The position numbers and the translations under genes were made by a program. A stretch of 64,000 bases of DNA. Source: Octopus sinensis. Its lineage: Eukaryota. Below the pieces are notes generated by a model that searched no databases, was not told the origin of the DNA, and saw only the letters and a list, made by a program, of their open reading frames with translations. Shown here in pieces: positions 50,306 to 63,364 of this stretch (the stretch's first letter is position 1; the number at the start of each line of letters is the position of its first letter). The stretch lies in NCBI RefSeq assembly GCF_006345805.1, contig NC_043022.1, positions 5,456,001 to 5,520,000 of the forward strand, given 5' to 3'.

Positions 50306-51489
50306 ACATAATAAACAGATGTACAGATGCAAACACAAACGCACAAATATTACACGCTAACTGTTTGTAAGACTGATCTCAAGACATCCGTACGTCCATT
50401 GAAGGAAACATTTTCACCCGCAAAAGTTTTAGATTGTGTTTTTGTTTTTTGTTGTTGTTCGTTTCAACACAGAACAGAAACAATATTATTTTAAAGAAAA
50501 ACAACATAAACCAAAAAAAAAAAACCTGAAGTAAAAACGAAGAACAATGGAACACAAAGTTGCAAAGAGACTTAGGTAAATCGGTACGTACCAGGAAAAG
50601 GAGTTATTTCCCAAAATGAGTGAAATTCCTTAGGATGCTAAAGCAATGTTGTAACAAGTTTTCATGGGAGTACGATAAAAGGGTGGAGGAGGAGAAGAGA
50701 GGGAAAGATAGAGGGGAAGGTAGAGGGGAAGGTGGATGTAGAAATAGAAAGAGATTCCGAAATATAATTTTGCTTTTTGTTTTTCCTTTTTTTTCTCTTT
50801 CTAACTCCAGCATGGAAAAATGTTTGGTGCATGGGGGAACCGCTTGAGAACTTATGAATTTTTCAACGCCTTTTAGCAAACAGTCGAGTAATTAGGCAAT
50901 AATTAGCTATTTGTTAGGATCTCCGTCACTGTTTCAATCAGGTTACATTCTCTGACACCGGCGCTACCAACAACGCCAGCATTGCTAAAGAGCAATCTAG
51001 CAATTTAGCAAGTTTCCTTCGCCTCCAACAAATGTCAACTTAGCTAAGCTGATCATAAAGCTCTGAGAAAAATGAGTAATAACAGAAAATAGAACAAAAT
51101 CAACTTATAAAATAAGTAACATAACCACAGTTTATTATTATCATTATTATTATTATCATTATTATTATATTATTATTATCATATTATTATTATTATCATT
51201 ATTATTATCACCATTGATTTGATCATTTTTTAGGTTTAACAGGAACAATTACAAACGGACAATGGTACACAAGGGATAGCCACAGGAATACTTTTCCTTA
51301 ATATCGTTTGTTCATGGTAGTTCCTCTTCCGTCTTTTCTTTTGCGTGTGCATACACACATAGATAATAGATGCATACACACACACACACACATGCACGCA
51401 TGCACATATCTGCATGTATGTATATATTAAGTATATATATCTTAACCTGAGCCCACCCATGGTTCTGTGTCACAAAATTCGTGTTTTAA

Positions 51490-51738
51490 CCTTTTAGCGT
51501 TTAAACTGACCATATCTGGCCCAAATATCGTTCCTGTTTTATGTTGAAACTGACCAGATCTGGCCCAAATATCGTTCCTGTTTTATATTGAAACTGACCA
51601 GATCTGGCCTCTCACACCTACCCTACAATGTCATCCTAAACTATCTCACCATCAAAATTTCAAAGCTTCAAGATTAATTCAATACAATTTGATTGCCTAA
51701 GCATTACATTTGACCAAATAATCTAAATACTAAAACGG
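51490..51738 (+). mobile_element. piggyBac-like family 2 MITE with an internal ~44-bp duplication
   Basis: TTAA flanks; AAACTGACCA.ATCTGGCC occurs three times. Confidence 0.65.
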
Positions 51739-51784
51739 TTAAAGTGATCTAAATTAAAATGTTTCATTAAAATTTCAGGTTAAT

Positions 51785-52050
51785 TTAAATAATAATAATA
51801 ATGAAATTATTGTATACAGTGTTCAGGTGCACCACAAACAGCAGATTATATTCCAAACACCAGATTAAGAACAACAAAACCATTTTACTGAATTCTTCAT
51901 TACTTTCAAAATCAACTGGAACAAAGACAGAGTATTTCAACAGAAATATGGCAACAAAAAAGCTGATGGCACCTAACCAGAAGAGGAAGAACACTGGCTC
52001 TTTTAAGAGGATCCCAAATATTGGAGGAAGGATCTGCCTCAAATGCTTTC
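51785..52050 (-). mobile_element. Decayed CR1-like LINE 3' end
   Basis: Terminal TGTGGTGCACCTGAACACTGTATACAAT plus (TTA)n matches the 3' end at 26898-26948. 5' limit uncertain. Confidence 0.5.
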
Positions 52051-52924
52051 AAAACAGTTATCCCCATGAAGGGCCAAGTGATGGTGTTGGTTCCTGTAAG
52101 GGTCAAGTGGTAGTGTTCAACCCCGTGAGGGATTAAGTCCATCCCTCACGAGTAGAAATTGTTCCTCTGACATGCTTCCAAAGACTCTGGCTGACCAATA
52201 TAACAGAATACACTTGTCCCAAAATGCTGCAAGATAGAACTGAACCTAACACCACACAGTTACAAAGTGAATATTTAACCGCTCAGCCACATCGGTTGAA
52301 GATTTAGTAAAATAGCTCAGAACAAACAAGAAAAGACTTTTAGAAGCAACATCGAAGAAAGTATCAAATTAAAAACAAATACCAAAAAATCACTGAAAAT
52401 GTTTTGTAGAGATTTTAGTGCTGAAACAGTCATGAAATATCAAGGGCTGGTGCTTACACATTTAGCAAACTAGGGGATTGGTTGGGGCACTAAAATATTC
52501 ATGGAATATCCAGCCAAACTAGGTGATCATCCGGGGTGTCAAAATCAGAAACTCTGCAAACAACTTGGACGAAATTTTATGATCCATTTAAAAATGTGAA
52601 AATTTGGTGAGGTCATTTCTGGAACAAAGAGAGATGGAGGAGAGAGGCTGGTGTCATGTAACAACCTGTCATCGTTATCTGACATGAAATATTTCAAATT
52701 TTGCCGAGTGACATACATGACAATGAAACTATAAATTCCTTCATGATATGTAAATTAGAAATTTTCAGTTTCATTTCTTTAATTGATGTAATGAGGGGAA
52801 TAGGTGGAGGAGGATGTTTTGGAAAAATAATGGTGAAGGAGGCACTCATTGTAGGGAGAAGGGGAGGGTGGATGGGTAAACACTGCAGAGGCTGCATGTT
52901 GTAGGACTGGAAGAAGGGAGAGGA

Positions 52925-53210
52925 TACTGTTGAGCTGGGGCTGTGAGAAGGGGGACATACACAACAAGGTGGGGAGAAGTGGACACACACTGCAAGGCTG
53001 GGAGAAGAAAGGCAACACAGCAGGGCTTCAAGAATAGGGGCACACACTGCAGAGCTTGGAGAATAGGGGCACACACTGCAAGGCTGGGAAAAGATGGCAC
53101 AGAGTGTAAGGGTGAGAGAAAAGCAACATACACTGCAAGGCTAGAGAAGAGGGGAAAACACTGCAGTGATGGAAGAAGAGGGCACACCTTACAGGGGTGA
53201 GAGAAATGGG
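52925..53210. repeat. Diverged ~35-40-bp minisatellite (..GGCACACACTGCAAGGCTGGGAGAA..)
   Basis: CACACTGCA recurs about 6-7 times. Confidence 0.75.
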
Positions 53211-53454
53211 TACACAATGAAGCACTGGCCTAGGGCACCAAATAGCCTGGAAGTAATTCTGTGAATATTCATTGTGGAATAGTAAAAATCTTTTCTTAAT
53301 CTATCAATAACAAACAATATTTAAGTAACCAATATTTATGGAGTTATCTGTATAATCTTACATGTTTAATATATATATATAATATATATATATATTTATA
53401 TAGATATATATTCCATCTTCCATCTGTCATATATAAATATATATATATATATAT

Positions 53455-53669
53455 AAAAAACAAGTCAAGATAGAAAATGCTAAAATAATTTTATAAAGAA
53501 ATTTTCAGTACCGGTTTCGGTCATTTTGAGACCTTTTCAACTGTAACGATTAAATAATTAAATTTAGAAAAATTAAAAGAAAGTTGAAAAGGTCTCAAAA
53601 TGACCGAAACCGGTACTGAAATGTTCTTTATAAAATTATTTTAGCATTTTCTATTTTGACTTGTTTTTT
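53455..53669. mobile_element. TA-flanked foldback element with 88-bp arms, each carrying a U3-A8 hammerhead motif
   Basis: Arms 53455-53542 and 53582-53669 differ at ~3 positions; 39-bp loop. Motif CAG-TTGAAAA-GGTC-TCAAAAT-GACC-GAAA-CCGGTA-CTG on the minus strand at 53506-53543; mirror on the plus strand at 53581-53618. Confidence 0.85.
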
Positions 53670-54132
53670 CATATATATATATATATATATGAAGTTGTAT
53701 ATATATAATAGGTATATATGTACACACTGAGAAAATAGAAAGATGAACACTGGTTTCATTCTGTTGCTGTTGCTAAGAAGCTGAGAGAGGACAAAAATGA
53801 GACAAATACTTAAGAATTTAATACAGTAGGAATATGGAAACTGATCCGTGGCAAGTCTGTTTATCATTCGCGAAGTAAGTGCAATTGGCCAGGGGTCACT
53901 TTGCAGATGCGAAAGAAGATTCTGTCGATATTTAACAATTCAGCATGATTTATTGACCTGGCCACCCACTAGAATTACTGATGACGGTAGTGGAAGGCTG
54001 CTTAGTAAATTGGTTGTGCCAGACAAAAACTCATTTACATAATGGTACAAGGTTGACAATTCAGACAGTAATTACTTCAGAATCAATACAAAATGGGCAA
54101 TGAATAAACACATATATACAGAGAAAGATGTG

Positions 54133-54187
<55 letters not shown>

Positions 54188-54439
54188 TATATATATACAC
54201 TTTAATATTATGGAATCACTACAGTAGAAGTTTTTGCGTAGAAGTTTTTTTGTATGTATGTGTGTATGTGTGTGTGTATATGGAAAACGGACGCTAAAAT
54301 GATGATGATGATGATATATATATATATACACAAATATATAGATATACATACATATATACATATATACATCATATATAACATACATATATATACATATAAT
54401 ATACAATATATATCTCTACTATATATACATATATATATA

Positions 54440-54470
<31 letters not shown>

Positions 54471-55013
54471 CTTATATATACATATATATATATATATACA
54501 TACATATATAATATAACATATATATATATATACCTACATATATATATATACATACAATCATATACAATATATATATATATACATATATAAAAAATATATT
54601 CTTTTATTGTTTCAGTCATTCAACTGTGGCCATGCTGGTGCACTGTCTTTAGTGAAGCAAATTGACCCCAGGGCTTATTTTTTGAAAAGCTTAACACTTA
54701 CTCTATTCTTTTTGCCAAACCGCTAAGTTACAGGGGTGTAAACACACCAGCATCGGTTATCATGCGATGTTGGGGGTCACACATACACACACACATACAC
54801 ACACACATACACATATATGTATATACATATATACGATGGGCTTCTTTCAGTTTCCGTCTACCAAATCCACACAAGACTTTGGTCGGCCCAGAGTTATAGT
54901 AGAAGACACTTGCCCAAGGTGCCACACAGTGTGACTGAACCCAGAACCATGTGGTTGGTAAGCAAGCAACCTACCACACAGCCACTTCTGCACCTATATA
55001 TACAATTATAGAA

Positions 55014-55182
55014 GGGTACCGAGATACCACTTGCTAGAAATAGGAGTTAACACTTCAAAGCCACAAACTTCTCACTATTATACAAGGTAAGGCCTATTTT
55101 TTTTACCTTCATTCTATTCACCATGCATGTTGTGGTTCTGGAGTGTTAATCCCTATTTCTAGGAAGTGGTATTCTGGTACCC
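55014..55182. mobile_element. Tourist/Harbinger-like MITE
   Basis: 53-bp imperfect TIRs (55014-55066, 55130-55182) starting GGGTACC; flanks GAA / TAA. Confidence 0.6.
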
Positions 55183-58100
55183 TAATTTATTTCTATATTT
55201 TACTTATTTAGGTTAAAGTTGCTGGCGACTTTATTGTTATTGTTATTTTTAATAATTTTAATAATACTTTATTAGATTTTATCATCATCATCATCAACAT
55301 ATATACATGTATGTATGTGTATATACATTCATACATATATATATATATATATGTACATACATACATATATATATATATAGATACATACACATACATATAT
55401 ATATAGATAGATACATACATACATATACACACACACGCACGCGCATATACACATATAATTATTGTATGTATTTAATAGTATGATACCAATTCACATGAAC
55501 TATGAAGAAGAGAGAAAGAGATAGTTTTATCTCTTTCTATTTAATCTCACAATAAAATTCATGTGCAAGAGAATAAGGATCTAAGTATATTTCCTCTCCA
55601 TGTCCGCATAGATTAAAACGTAACACAACACTCACATGCCAAATACTGAGGCTGGAATTAAAGTGGTTCACATCCTTATCTTTATCGTTTGACTTCCGAG
55701 TGAAGAGTCATTAAAGTGAAATTATACTTAAAGTGGATTTGATAGTTTTTGCATGTTATTATATGATGAGAGTGGTTATTCCCAGGACGAGGGTCTTTCC
55801 GTTCCAATACGTGGTTGCAGATCACGTAGAACTTGCAAGACAAATATAACAATTTAGAATGTTTCAGCCTGGCCATAAATATTGTTAGGTGTGGCCTGGA
55901 AATGGTAATATATTCACAATACGTTCACTTTTAAGATTTATAATATTATAATGAGTTGTCAGAAAAGGTTAGAAGGGACAGAGAGCAGACGTTTAAGGGA
56001 GACAGCAACGATAGCAAGAAGTACATGAAGAGTACGCATAGGATAAAACAGAAAAGGGCAGAAATGTGAACAGGTATGGATGTGTGGTAAGATGTTCCAT
56101 CCCTAAACACATGGTCCCGGGTTCAATCTCACTGCATGGAAACTAGAGTATTTCATCCATCTTTACATTCTGAGTTCAAATTCTGCCAGGGTCAACTTCG
56201 CCTCTTATCCTTTTGGGCTTAATAAAGTAAGTACCACTTGATTACTGGGGTCAGTGTAATCGACTATCCCCTCCCCCAAAATTGCTGGCCTTGTGCCAAA
56301 ATTTGAAACCAATATTTTAATTGCAGGTGAATGACCTTTATATGAAGATGACCATTTGTAGGTTTCATTTTAATGTCATAAACTCTCAACAATAATGCCA
56401 TTGGTTACCCGTTTCCACCAGATCAATCACTATTTCACTACATTACTGATGGTAACACTGACAAGGGAGCACCTAAAAATTTGTGCAGAACAATTATCAT
56501 GAAGGACTTTGCTTCATAAGTATTGACTTTTTTGGTTTTCTCATGGATGTTGCCAATATATGTCAGCCAAAAACATAACACTTCCATACACATGTAGACA
56601 CATACACACATATATACATACATACATACACAAAAGGGCTTCAATACAGTTTCCATCCATCAACTTCTGCTCATAAGAGATAAATTCGAAGCTATGATAA
56701 AAAAAAACTTGCTCAAGGTGCTGAACTGGGAGATTGATCCTGGAATCATTTGGTTGCCTGCAACTTGGATTCATCACTGACCATACAATGAATTGGGTGA
56801 TGAGAACTGAAAACCTAAAATGTGGTTTAGTGGCTTAGTGGTTAGGGGTGTTGGACTCATGATTGTAAGATTGCAGTTTCAGTTCCTGGACCAGGCGATG
56901 TGTTGTGCTCTTGAGCAAAGCACTCCATTTAACATTGCTCCAGTCCATTCAGCTAGCAAAAGTGAGTAATCCTGTGAGGGGCTAGTGTCCCATCCAGGGG
57001 GAAGCAGTCCTATGAGTCTGTATGCCTTGGGAAGGATCTTTTTGATCCTGTCTCATCCATTGAGAGAATTGATCCAAGTTCCATCATCACCGGTTCCAAC
57101 AGCTACTTCCTACCCTAGAACACATCTATTTTAGCACATAGATAGCATTCTTAACATTTCTCCATGAAGCCAGCACCTAAAAGCATGGAGACTTTGCTAA
57201 CATTCCTGTAACTATTCATGTCAAAACAAACTATTTTCCAGTAAACCATCTCAGCAATCTGAGATTCTAATCATTAACTGTAATTGCTGTTAGTCACAGA
57301 AGTACGTTAGGTGCACGGAGAAAGTTCGTTAACCGAGGTCTTCTCACACTTCTTCATCACACACAAACAATAGGCGTGGATGTGTAGTGAGAAGCTCGTT
57401 TCCTAACTGCATGGTTCTGGGTTCAGTCCCACTACATGGCATCTTGGGCAAGCATATTTCTACAATAGCCTCAGTCTGACAAAAGTCTGGGAGTGGATTT
57501 GGGAGATGGAAACTGTAAGAAGCCTGCCGTATACATCTATGTGTGTGTGTGTCCTTGTGTTGTCCCCCACCACCAACGATGATGATGAAGATGATGACGG
57601 TGATGATATGGTGATGGCAATGATGATGATGATGGCGGTGATGATGATGATGATGATGGTGATGATGACAATGATGATGATGATAATGACAACAATGATG
57701 ATGATGGTGATGATGATGACAATGATGATGACAACAATGGTGATGACAATGACGATGATGATAGTGGTGATGACAATGACGTCGCAGACAATGATGACGA
57801 TAATGATGATGATGATGATGACAACAACAATGATAGTGATGTTGATGATGATGCACCCCTTGTCCCAGCTCCACAGTATGCTTCCACCCACCAACCCTAT
57901 AATGTGCTGCCTTCCCCTTGGCCCTACAAATGTGCAGCCCTTCTCAAGTCCCCATCCCCTCCACAACTCCCCCCACCTTCTTTACACCAGCTGCAAAATA
58001 CTTACAAAATAAACGACAATTGATGAAATTATGATGAATGATGAAGTGAGGAAGATGATGCTGAAATCCAATAAAGCCATCAAAATATATACCACACACA

Positions 58101-58371
58101 CACACACACAGATATACAGATTCATATGTACACATATACGCACTTATATAAACACACACACATGCACACATATATAGACACACATACATAAACACATGCA
58201 TTTTTATGCTTTGCCAGGCATCTCTGAGTGTTTCTACATTCAGCTACATGAAGAAGCTTAAAGGGCATCACCACCACAACCACCACCACCACCACTACCA
58301 CCCTCTTGGCATGGGTTCGGTAGCTTGATAGGAGCTGGCAAAGCCAGGAGCTGTACCAGGTTCCACAGTCT

Positions 58372-58791
58372 TATTTCTTATTCTTTTACTGCCCACAAGG
58401 GGCTAAACACAGAGAGGACAAACAAGGACGGACAAACGGATTAAGTCGATTATATCGACCCCAGTGTGTAACTGGTACTTATTTAATTGATACCGAAAGG
58501 ATGAAAGGCAAAGTCGACCTCGGCAGAATTTGAACTCAGAACGTAGCGGCAGACAAAATACCTATTTTTTTACTACCCAAAAGGGGTTAAACACAGAGAG
58601 GACAAACAAGGACAGACAAATGGATTAAGTTGATTATATCGACCCCAGTGTGTAACAGGTACTTATTTAACTGACCCCGAAAGGATGAAAGGCAAAGTCG
58701 ACCTCGGCGGAATTTGAACTCAGAACGTAGCGGCAGATGAAATACTGCTAAGCATTTCGCCCGGCGTGCTAACGATTCTGCCAGCTTGCTC
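58372..58791 (-). mobile_element. Family B SINE dimer inserted into a family D element, 17-bp TSD
   Basis: TSD ACCAGGTTCCACAGTCT at 58355-58371 and 58792-58808; a full copy followed by a headless unit. Confidence 0.9.
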
Positions 58792-60448
58792 ACCAGGTTC
58801 CACAGTCTGTTCCAGCATGGATTGAGTCTATGGCTGGATGCCCTTCCTAATGCCGACCATTTACAGTGTGTACTGAGTGCTTTCTGCATGGCGCCAAAAT
58901 AATCTGAAATGTTTGGAGCACAGGGTTGTTTGGGGGGTATGTTGTTATTGTATGATTGTTTCTACATTTGAGTGAGAGTGAGTGGGGGGGGGGGGAGGAT
59001 TTGGAACTTGATGGTTTCTGAAATATGTAAGGAACTTCAGAGAAGCCACCAATTCTAAAGTTAGCAACATGATATAACGATGCAGAGATAACCAACAGAC
59101 ACAGATCTAATTTGTGTGACTTTCTTCATTTTCCCTTTGGCTTATGACTGAATGTTAATGTAGATATTCCAGTGTTTTATAACACCACACCGCCATCAAT
59201 GCCACCACATCACATGAGCCAACAACACAGTTCCTATATGGTACAGAAATATTTGCCAAATCACAGATTTCATTCAAATTGCTATTAGTGTCTTAGAAAA
59301 AGAAATACACTGGACAACATGGTCCTGGGTTTCCTACACAAAGGAAAAAGGTGAGATAGTCATGGAGGGAATACTTTTAATTATATGTGTCGGTGATCAG
59401 GTCTGACCTGGGGCTAAATAACAACACACAGAAACTGTGACAAGGCACTGGTCATTCAGAGCAGGTAACATGCTAAGGGTAATAAGGTTTCAGAATTAAT
59501 TAACCTAAGAGACCAATTGTTTAGGGACCAAGAACAGGGCCCAACTCTGAAAATAAGAATAATCCCTCCAAAGAGATTTCACATGGTCTCTGTCCACCAA
59601 ACATGGTCCATCACCTAATCAAAGAGATTTCACATGGTCTCTGTCCTCCAAACCTAGTCCATCACCTAATCTAAAACCATTCCCTCGATCATGGGTGCTT
59701 TATTAGGGCCTACTCTGTGGTAGGTATTCCAGTTAGGGACCTAGCCTAAGGATAACTTTTCCTTCCACCCCAACCCAGTCTTGGAGCCCCTGAATCAGAG
59801 AAAAGCAGGTCACAAATATTGGTCTTTCTTCTCAAACTATGTCAGTAAAATTTTTTTAAAAACTGATGCCTTACCAAATACTGGGTTTTTGGGTTGCCTT
59901 GTCCTATATTTCATTCAATTAATCTGGTCTGTCAGTCGACCCAGCATGCCACAGTGTCACATGAGTCACTTATTTAACTCACAGACACTAATAGAGGGGA
60001 AAAGTGTTATTCCTGTTGATTGCCGTGGAAGCACAATTGTCGACCAATTTCAAAAAGACTGAAGAAGCATTGGAGAGAGAGAGAGATGGGAGAGAGTGAG
60101 AGAGAGGAGAGAGAGAGAGAGAGAGGGGGAGGGGAAATTTTAAAGGTCACAAGTTAAACAGGTTTATGGTGGTGGCAGAAGCGAATTAACAGCAAAGTTT
60201 ATTGCCAGATGTACTTTGGGTGGTTGTCGTTGTCGTTGTTGTTGTTGTTGTTATTATCATTAAGTTCCTCAAGGTCAGTTGTGATTGAGCAGAACTATGA
60301 CCAAAGGCCTTCCAAATGTGACCATTCCGTTTTCCAAGACATGTAAATCTCATGACCACATTCTGCCATGTGTTTTGTCCTTTCCTTTCCTAAGACGGTA
60401 GGGAGTAATTTGGCTGCTATTTCTAGCATGTTGCAGTATCATGTAGAG

Positions 60449-60730
60449 CAGTGGTTCCCAAACTTTTTCGGGCTGTCGAACCCCACCCCTTGACACCCAG
60501 GTAACATTCCTAACACCCCCACCCCAACTAACCATCACAAACACAGACCTCTTTCCGAAGCAAGTTCAAAACAACTGCATTTCACAAATAAGGCTTAACC
60601 TAATCAACTCATTAATTTGTTTGTTTTTGTATGAATTGCTTCTCCATTATCGCCCCACTCTTCTTCAATGACCCCTTGGAACTTTCCACCGACACCAGGG
60701 GGGCAATGCTGCCAACTTTGCAAACCACTG
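60449..60730. mobile_element. hAT (Charlie-like) MITE with perfect 8-bp TSD
   Basis: TIR CAGTGGTTCCCAAA / TTTGCAAACCACTG (12/14); TSD ATGTAGAG at 60441-60448 and 60731-60738. Confidence 0.85.
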
Positions 60731-60738
60731 ATGTAGAG

Positions 60739-61552
60739 CAATGTTTCTCAACCCTTTTTTTTTTTACTTATGGACCCTTTTGATTCTAAATTTATTCTAC
60801 TGGACCCTCATAACCATTCAGTCATCATCATCATCATCATCATCACTGTTTAACGTCCGTTTTCCATTCTGGCATGGGTTGGACGGTTTGACTAAGGAAT
60901 GGCAAGCCAGGAGGCTACACTAGGCTCCAATCTGACCAGTCAATGCTTAAAAGAATTCTATATAGGCGCAGGAGTGGCTGTGTGGTAAGTAGCTTGCTTA
61001 TGAACTACATGGTTCCGGGTTCAGTCCCACTGCGTGGCATCTTGGGCAAATGTCTTCTACTATAGCCTCGGGCCGACCAAAGCCTTGTGAGTGGATTTGG
61101 TAGACGGAAACTGAAAGAAGCCTGTGTATGTATGTTATATATATTATATATATATATATATATGTGGTGTGTATGGTGTGTGTGTTGTGTGTCTGTGTTT
61201 GTCCCCCTAGCATTGCTTGACAACCGATGCTGGTGTGTTTACGTCCCCGTCACTTAGCGGTTCGGCAAAAGAGACCGATAGAATAAGTACTGGGCTTACA
61301 AAGAATAAGTCCCGGGGTCGATTTTGCTCGACTAAAGGCGGTGCTCCAGCATGGCCGCAGTCAAATGACTGAAACAAGTAAAAGTAAAGTAAAAGTAGTA
61401 AGTATTATATTTTTATAATTAAATATTATTAGAAATCGTATAAAACAAATTTACTAAATTATTTTGTGCAGAATTATAACCAATCTATTGCAGATAAATT
61501 TTAACAACAAAATCTTATGTGGACCCCCAAAGGTCCTGGTTGAGAACTAATG
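60739..61552. mobile_element. Second hAT MITE containing nested family D (~60822-60935) and family A (~60965-61395) SINEs
   Basis: Ends CAATGTTTCTCAACC / GGTTGAGAACTAATG; right TSD not preserved. Confidence 0.6.
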
Positions 61553-61807
61553 GTGTGAAAACTCCCTCACTAAATATTCAATTCCAGAAATGACATGACA
61601 GAAGACAGACACTGTGAAAGAGATGCTTTATTGCAGACATAGCCAACCCACACTGCAGTGAGACCAGATCAAACGGATATTGAAATGGTAAGCACAGGAG
61701 TGGCTGTGTGGTAAGGAGTTTGCTTACCAACCACATGGTTCCAGGTTCAGTCCTATCATGTGGCACCTTGGGAAAATGTCTTCTTACTATAGCTTCAGGC
61801 TGACTAA

Positions 61808-61861
61808 AGTCTTGTGAGTGGATTTGGTAGATGGAAACTGAAAGAAGCCCCTCATATATAT

Positions 61862-61906
<45 letters not shown>

Positions 61907-61943
61907 GGGCTTCTTTCAGTTTCCATCTACAAATCCACTCACA

Positions 61944-61948
<5 letters not shown>
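61808..61948. repeat. Inverted duplication of a SINE A segment around (TA)n
   Basis: 61808-61854 and 61903-61948 are reverse complements with one indel; a ~48-bp TA tract lies between. Confidence 0.85.
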
Positions 61949-61994
<46 letters not shown>

Positions 61995-62182
61995 TATCAG
62001 AAATACTAAATTTCTAAATCTCTCGTAGAGACATGTTCGGTGGTGGGGCGATAGAATGGTTGTATACTGTCAATCTAACATGAACGTGACAGAAGGGGGT
62101 ACACCATCGCCGTTTAGCCCTAGGAAGCATTGACGCCTCCTGATGGCTTTGACACATTTTTCCTGTGTCCTTATATACATTT

Positions 62183-62936
62183 ACTAACAGCATAGCCCGG
62201 CGTTGCCCGGGTATGTAAAAAACTTTGTCGATAAGCAATGCCCTTTATCTTTTTACCCTTTTTTATACTTATTGAACCGTTATTTTGTAAAATGAAGCCT
62301 AAAAGGCATTAAGGCATTCAAGGCACCGTTCCCTTGCATGCATGAAGAAAATCTATGACATTCAAAGTGCATTTTCTGGTTTTGTTTAGCACACTCAACC
62401 CAGTTCTGCGGTTTTTTCCAGTAATAACGTATCCTATTGGAACCAAAAGGGCCATTTAGCTCCTTGGAGCAGACATGATGCTTGGTGTGAATTTCAAAAA
62501 AATATTCCTGCCAATTTGTTAAAGATATTGTCGAAAATATGTCATCCTGAATTTGAACGCAATTTCCCAAAATGGCATGATTTTATCAATTTTTTCTGAT
62601 GGTAAGGTATTGCATGGAAAACTAACATCAGATTTAAGTTTCTTAGGGTAACATTAAGCTTTGCCATGAGTTTGGTGAAAATCGATTGCATGTTGCGAAA
62701 ACTATAACGGAAAATGTGTTGCATATGATAAGCTTAGATTCTAGACCCCATGTCGAATTTATCGATTTTTTTCAGAACTGGGGGACCTTTTCAAAATTGT
62801 CGCTGCATTGGGTTTGAATTATGACATTGGGATATGTGTGTGTCAAGTTTCATCAGAATCGGTTGAAAGCCGTGGTCAGGGTGAGGGTACAACCTGACAG
62901 ACACACAGACAAACTGCCGTTTATATATAGAGAGAT
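62183..62936 (+). mobile_element. Non-autonomous Helitron/Helentron-like element, copy 2
   Basis: Same ~35-bp 5' end and ~225-bp 3' end as 16159-16591, with a different ~490-bp interior. Confidence 0.7.
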
Positions 62937-62975
62937 GAAGGGGAGACAAATACCCCCAGCCGCCCGGGCTGCATC

Positions 62976-63016
62976 TAGGGACACGTGTTTCAGGATGATT
63001 GTCCTTCGTCGGCCTA
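62976..63016 (-). ncRNA. Candidate minimal type I hammerhead ribozyme (U4C core variant)
   Basis: TAGG-CCGACGA-AGGA-CAATCA-TCCT-GAAA-CACGTGTC-CCTA. Helix I 4/4, stem II 4/4, palindromic helix III ACACGTGT, GUC triplet. Confidence 0.7.
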
Positions 63017-63364
63017 TATATATATATATATTGTATGTATGCGTTTATTTCCTGAGCGCCATACTAATACAATTGTTCGTTTGTTTTCCACCTGCCTTCG
63101 TCTTTTGTTTATTTTCATAAAGCTTCCCGTTATATATATCGTGTGTGTGTGTGTGTGTGTGTGTGTGTCTGCGTTTGTCCCTGTAACCTAGCAGTTCAGC
63201 AAAAGAGACCAATAGAACAAGTACCATGCTTAAAAAATAAGTCCTGGAGGTCGAGGTTGCTTGGCTAAAACCCTTCAAGGTGGTGCCCCAGCATGGCCGC
63301 AGTCAAAGGACTGAAACAAGTTAAATTTAGAAGGTAAAAAATACAGTAAGATATTGATAGATTC

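Noticed and set aside
50917-51044. 41-codon open stretch DLRHCFNQVTFSDTG... after a TTGTTAG
   Set aside because: No recognisable homology, weak acceptor, and on the opposite strand to the supported exon.
52441-53257. Possible hAT element enclosing the 52925 minisatellite
   Set aside because: The putative termini are too degenerate and no TSD is visible.
53850-53970. Enhancer-like motif cluster (TGATTTAT, TGACCT, GGTCACTTTG)
   Set aside because: Short motifs are expected by chance in AT-rich DNA; cannot be supported without conservation data.
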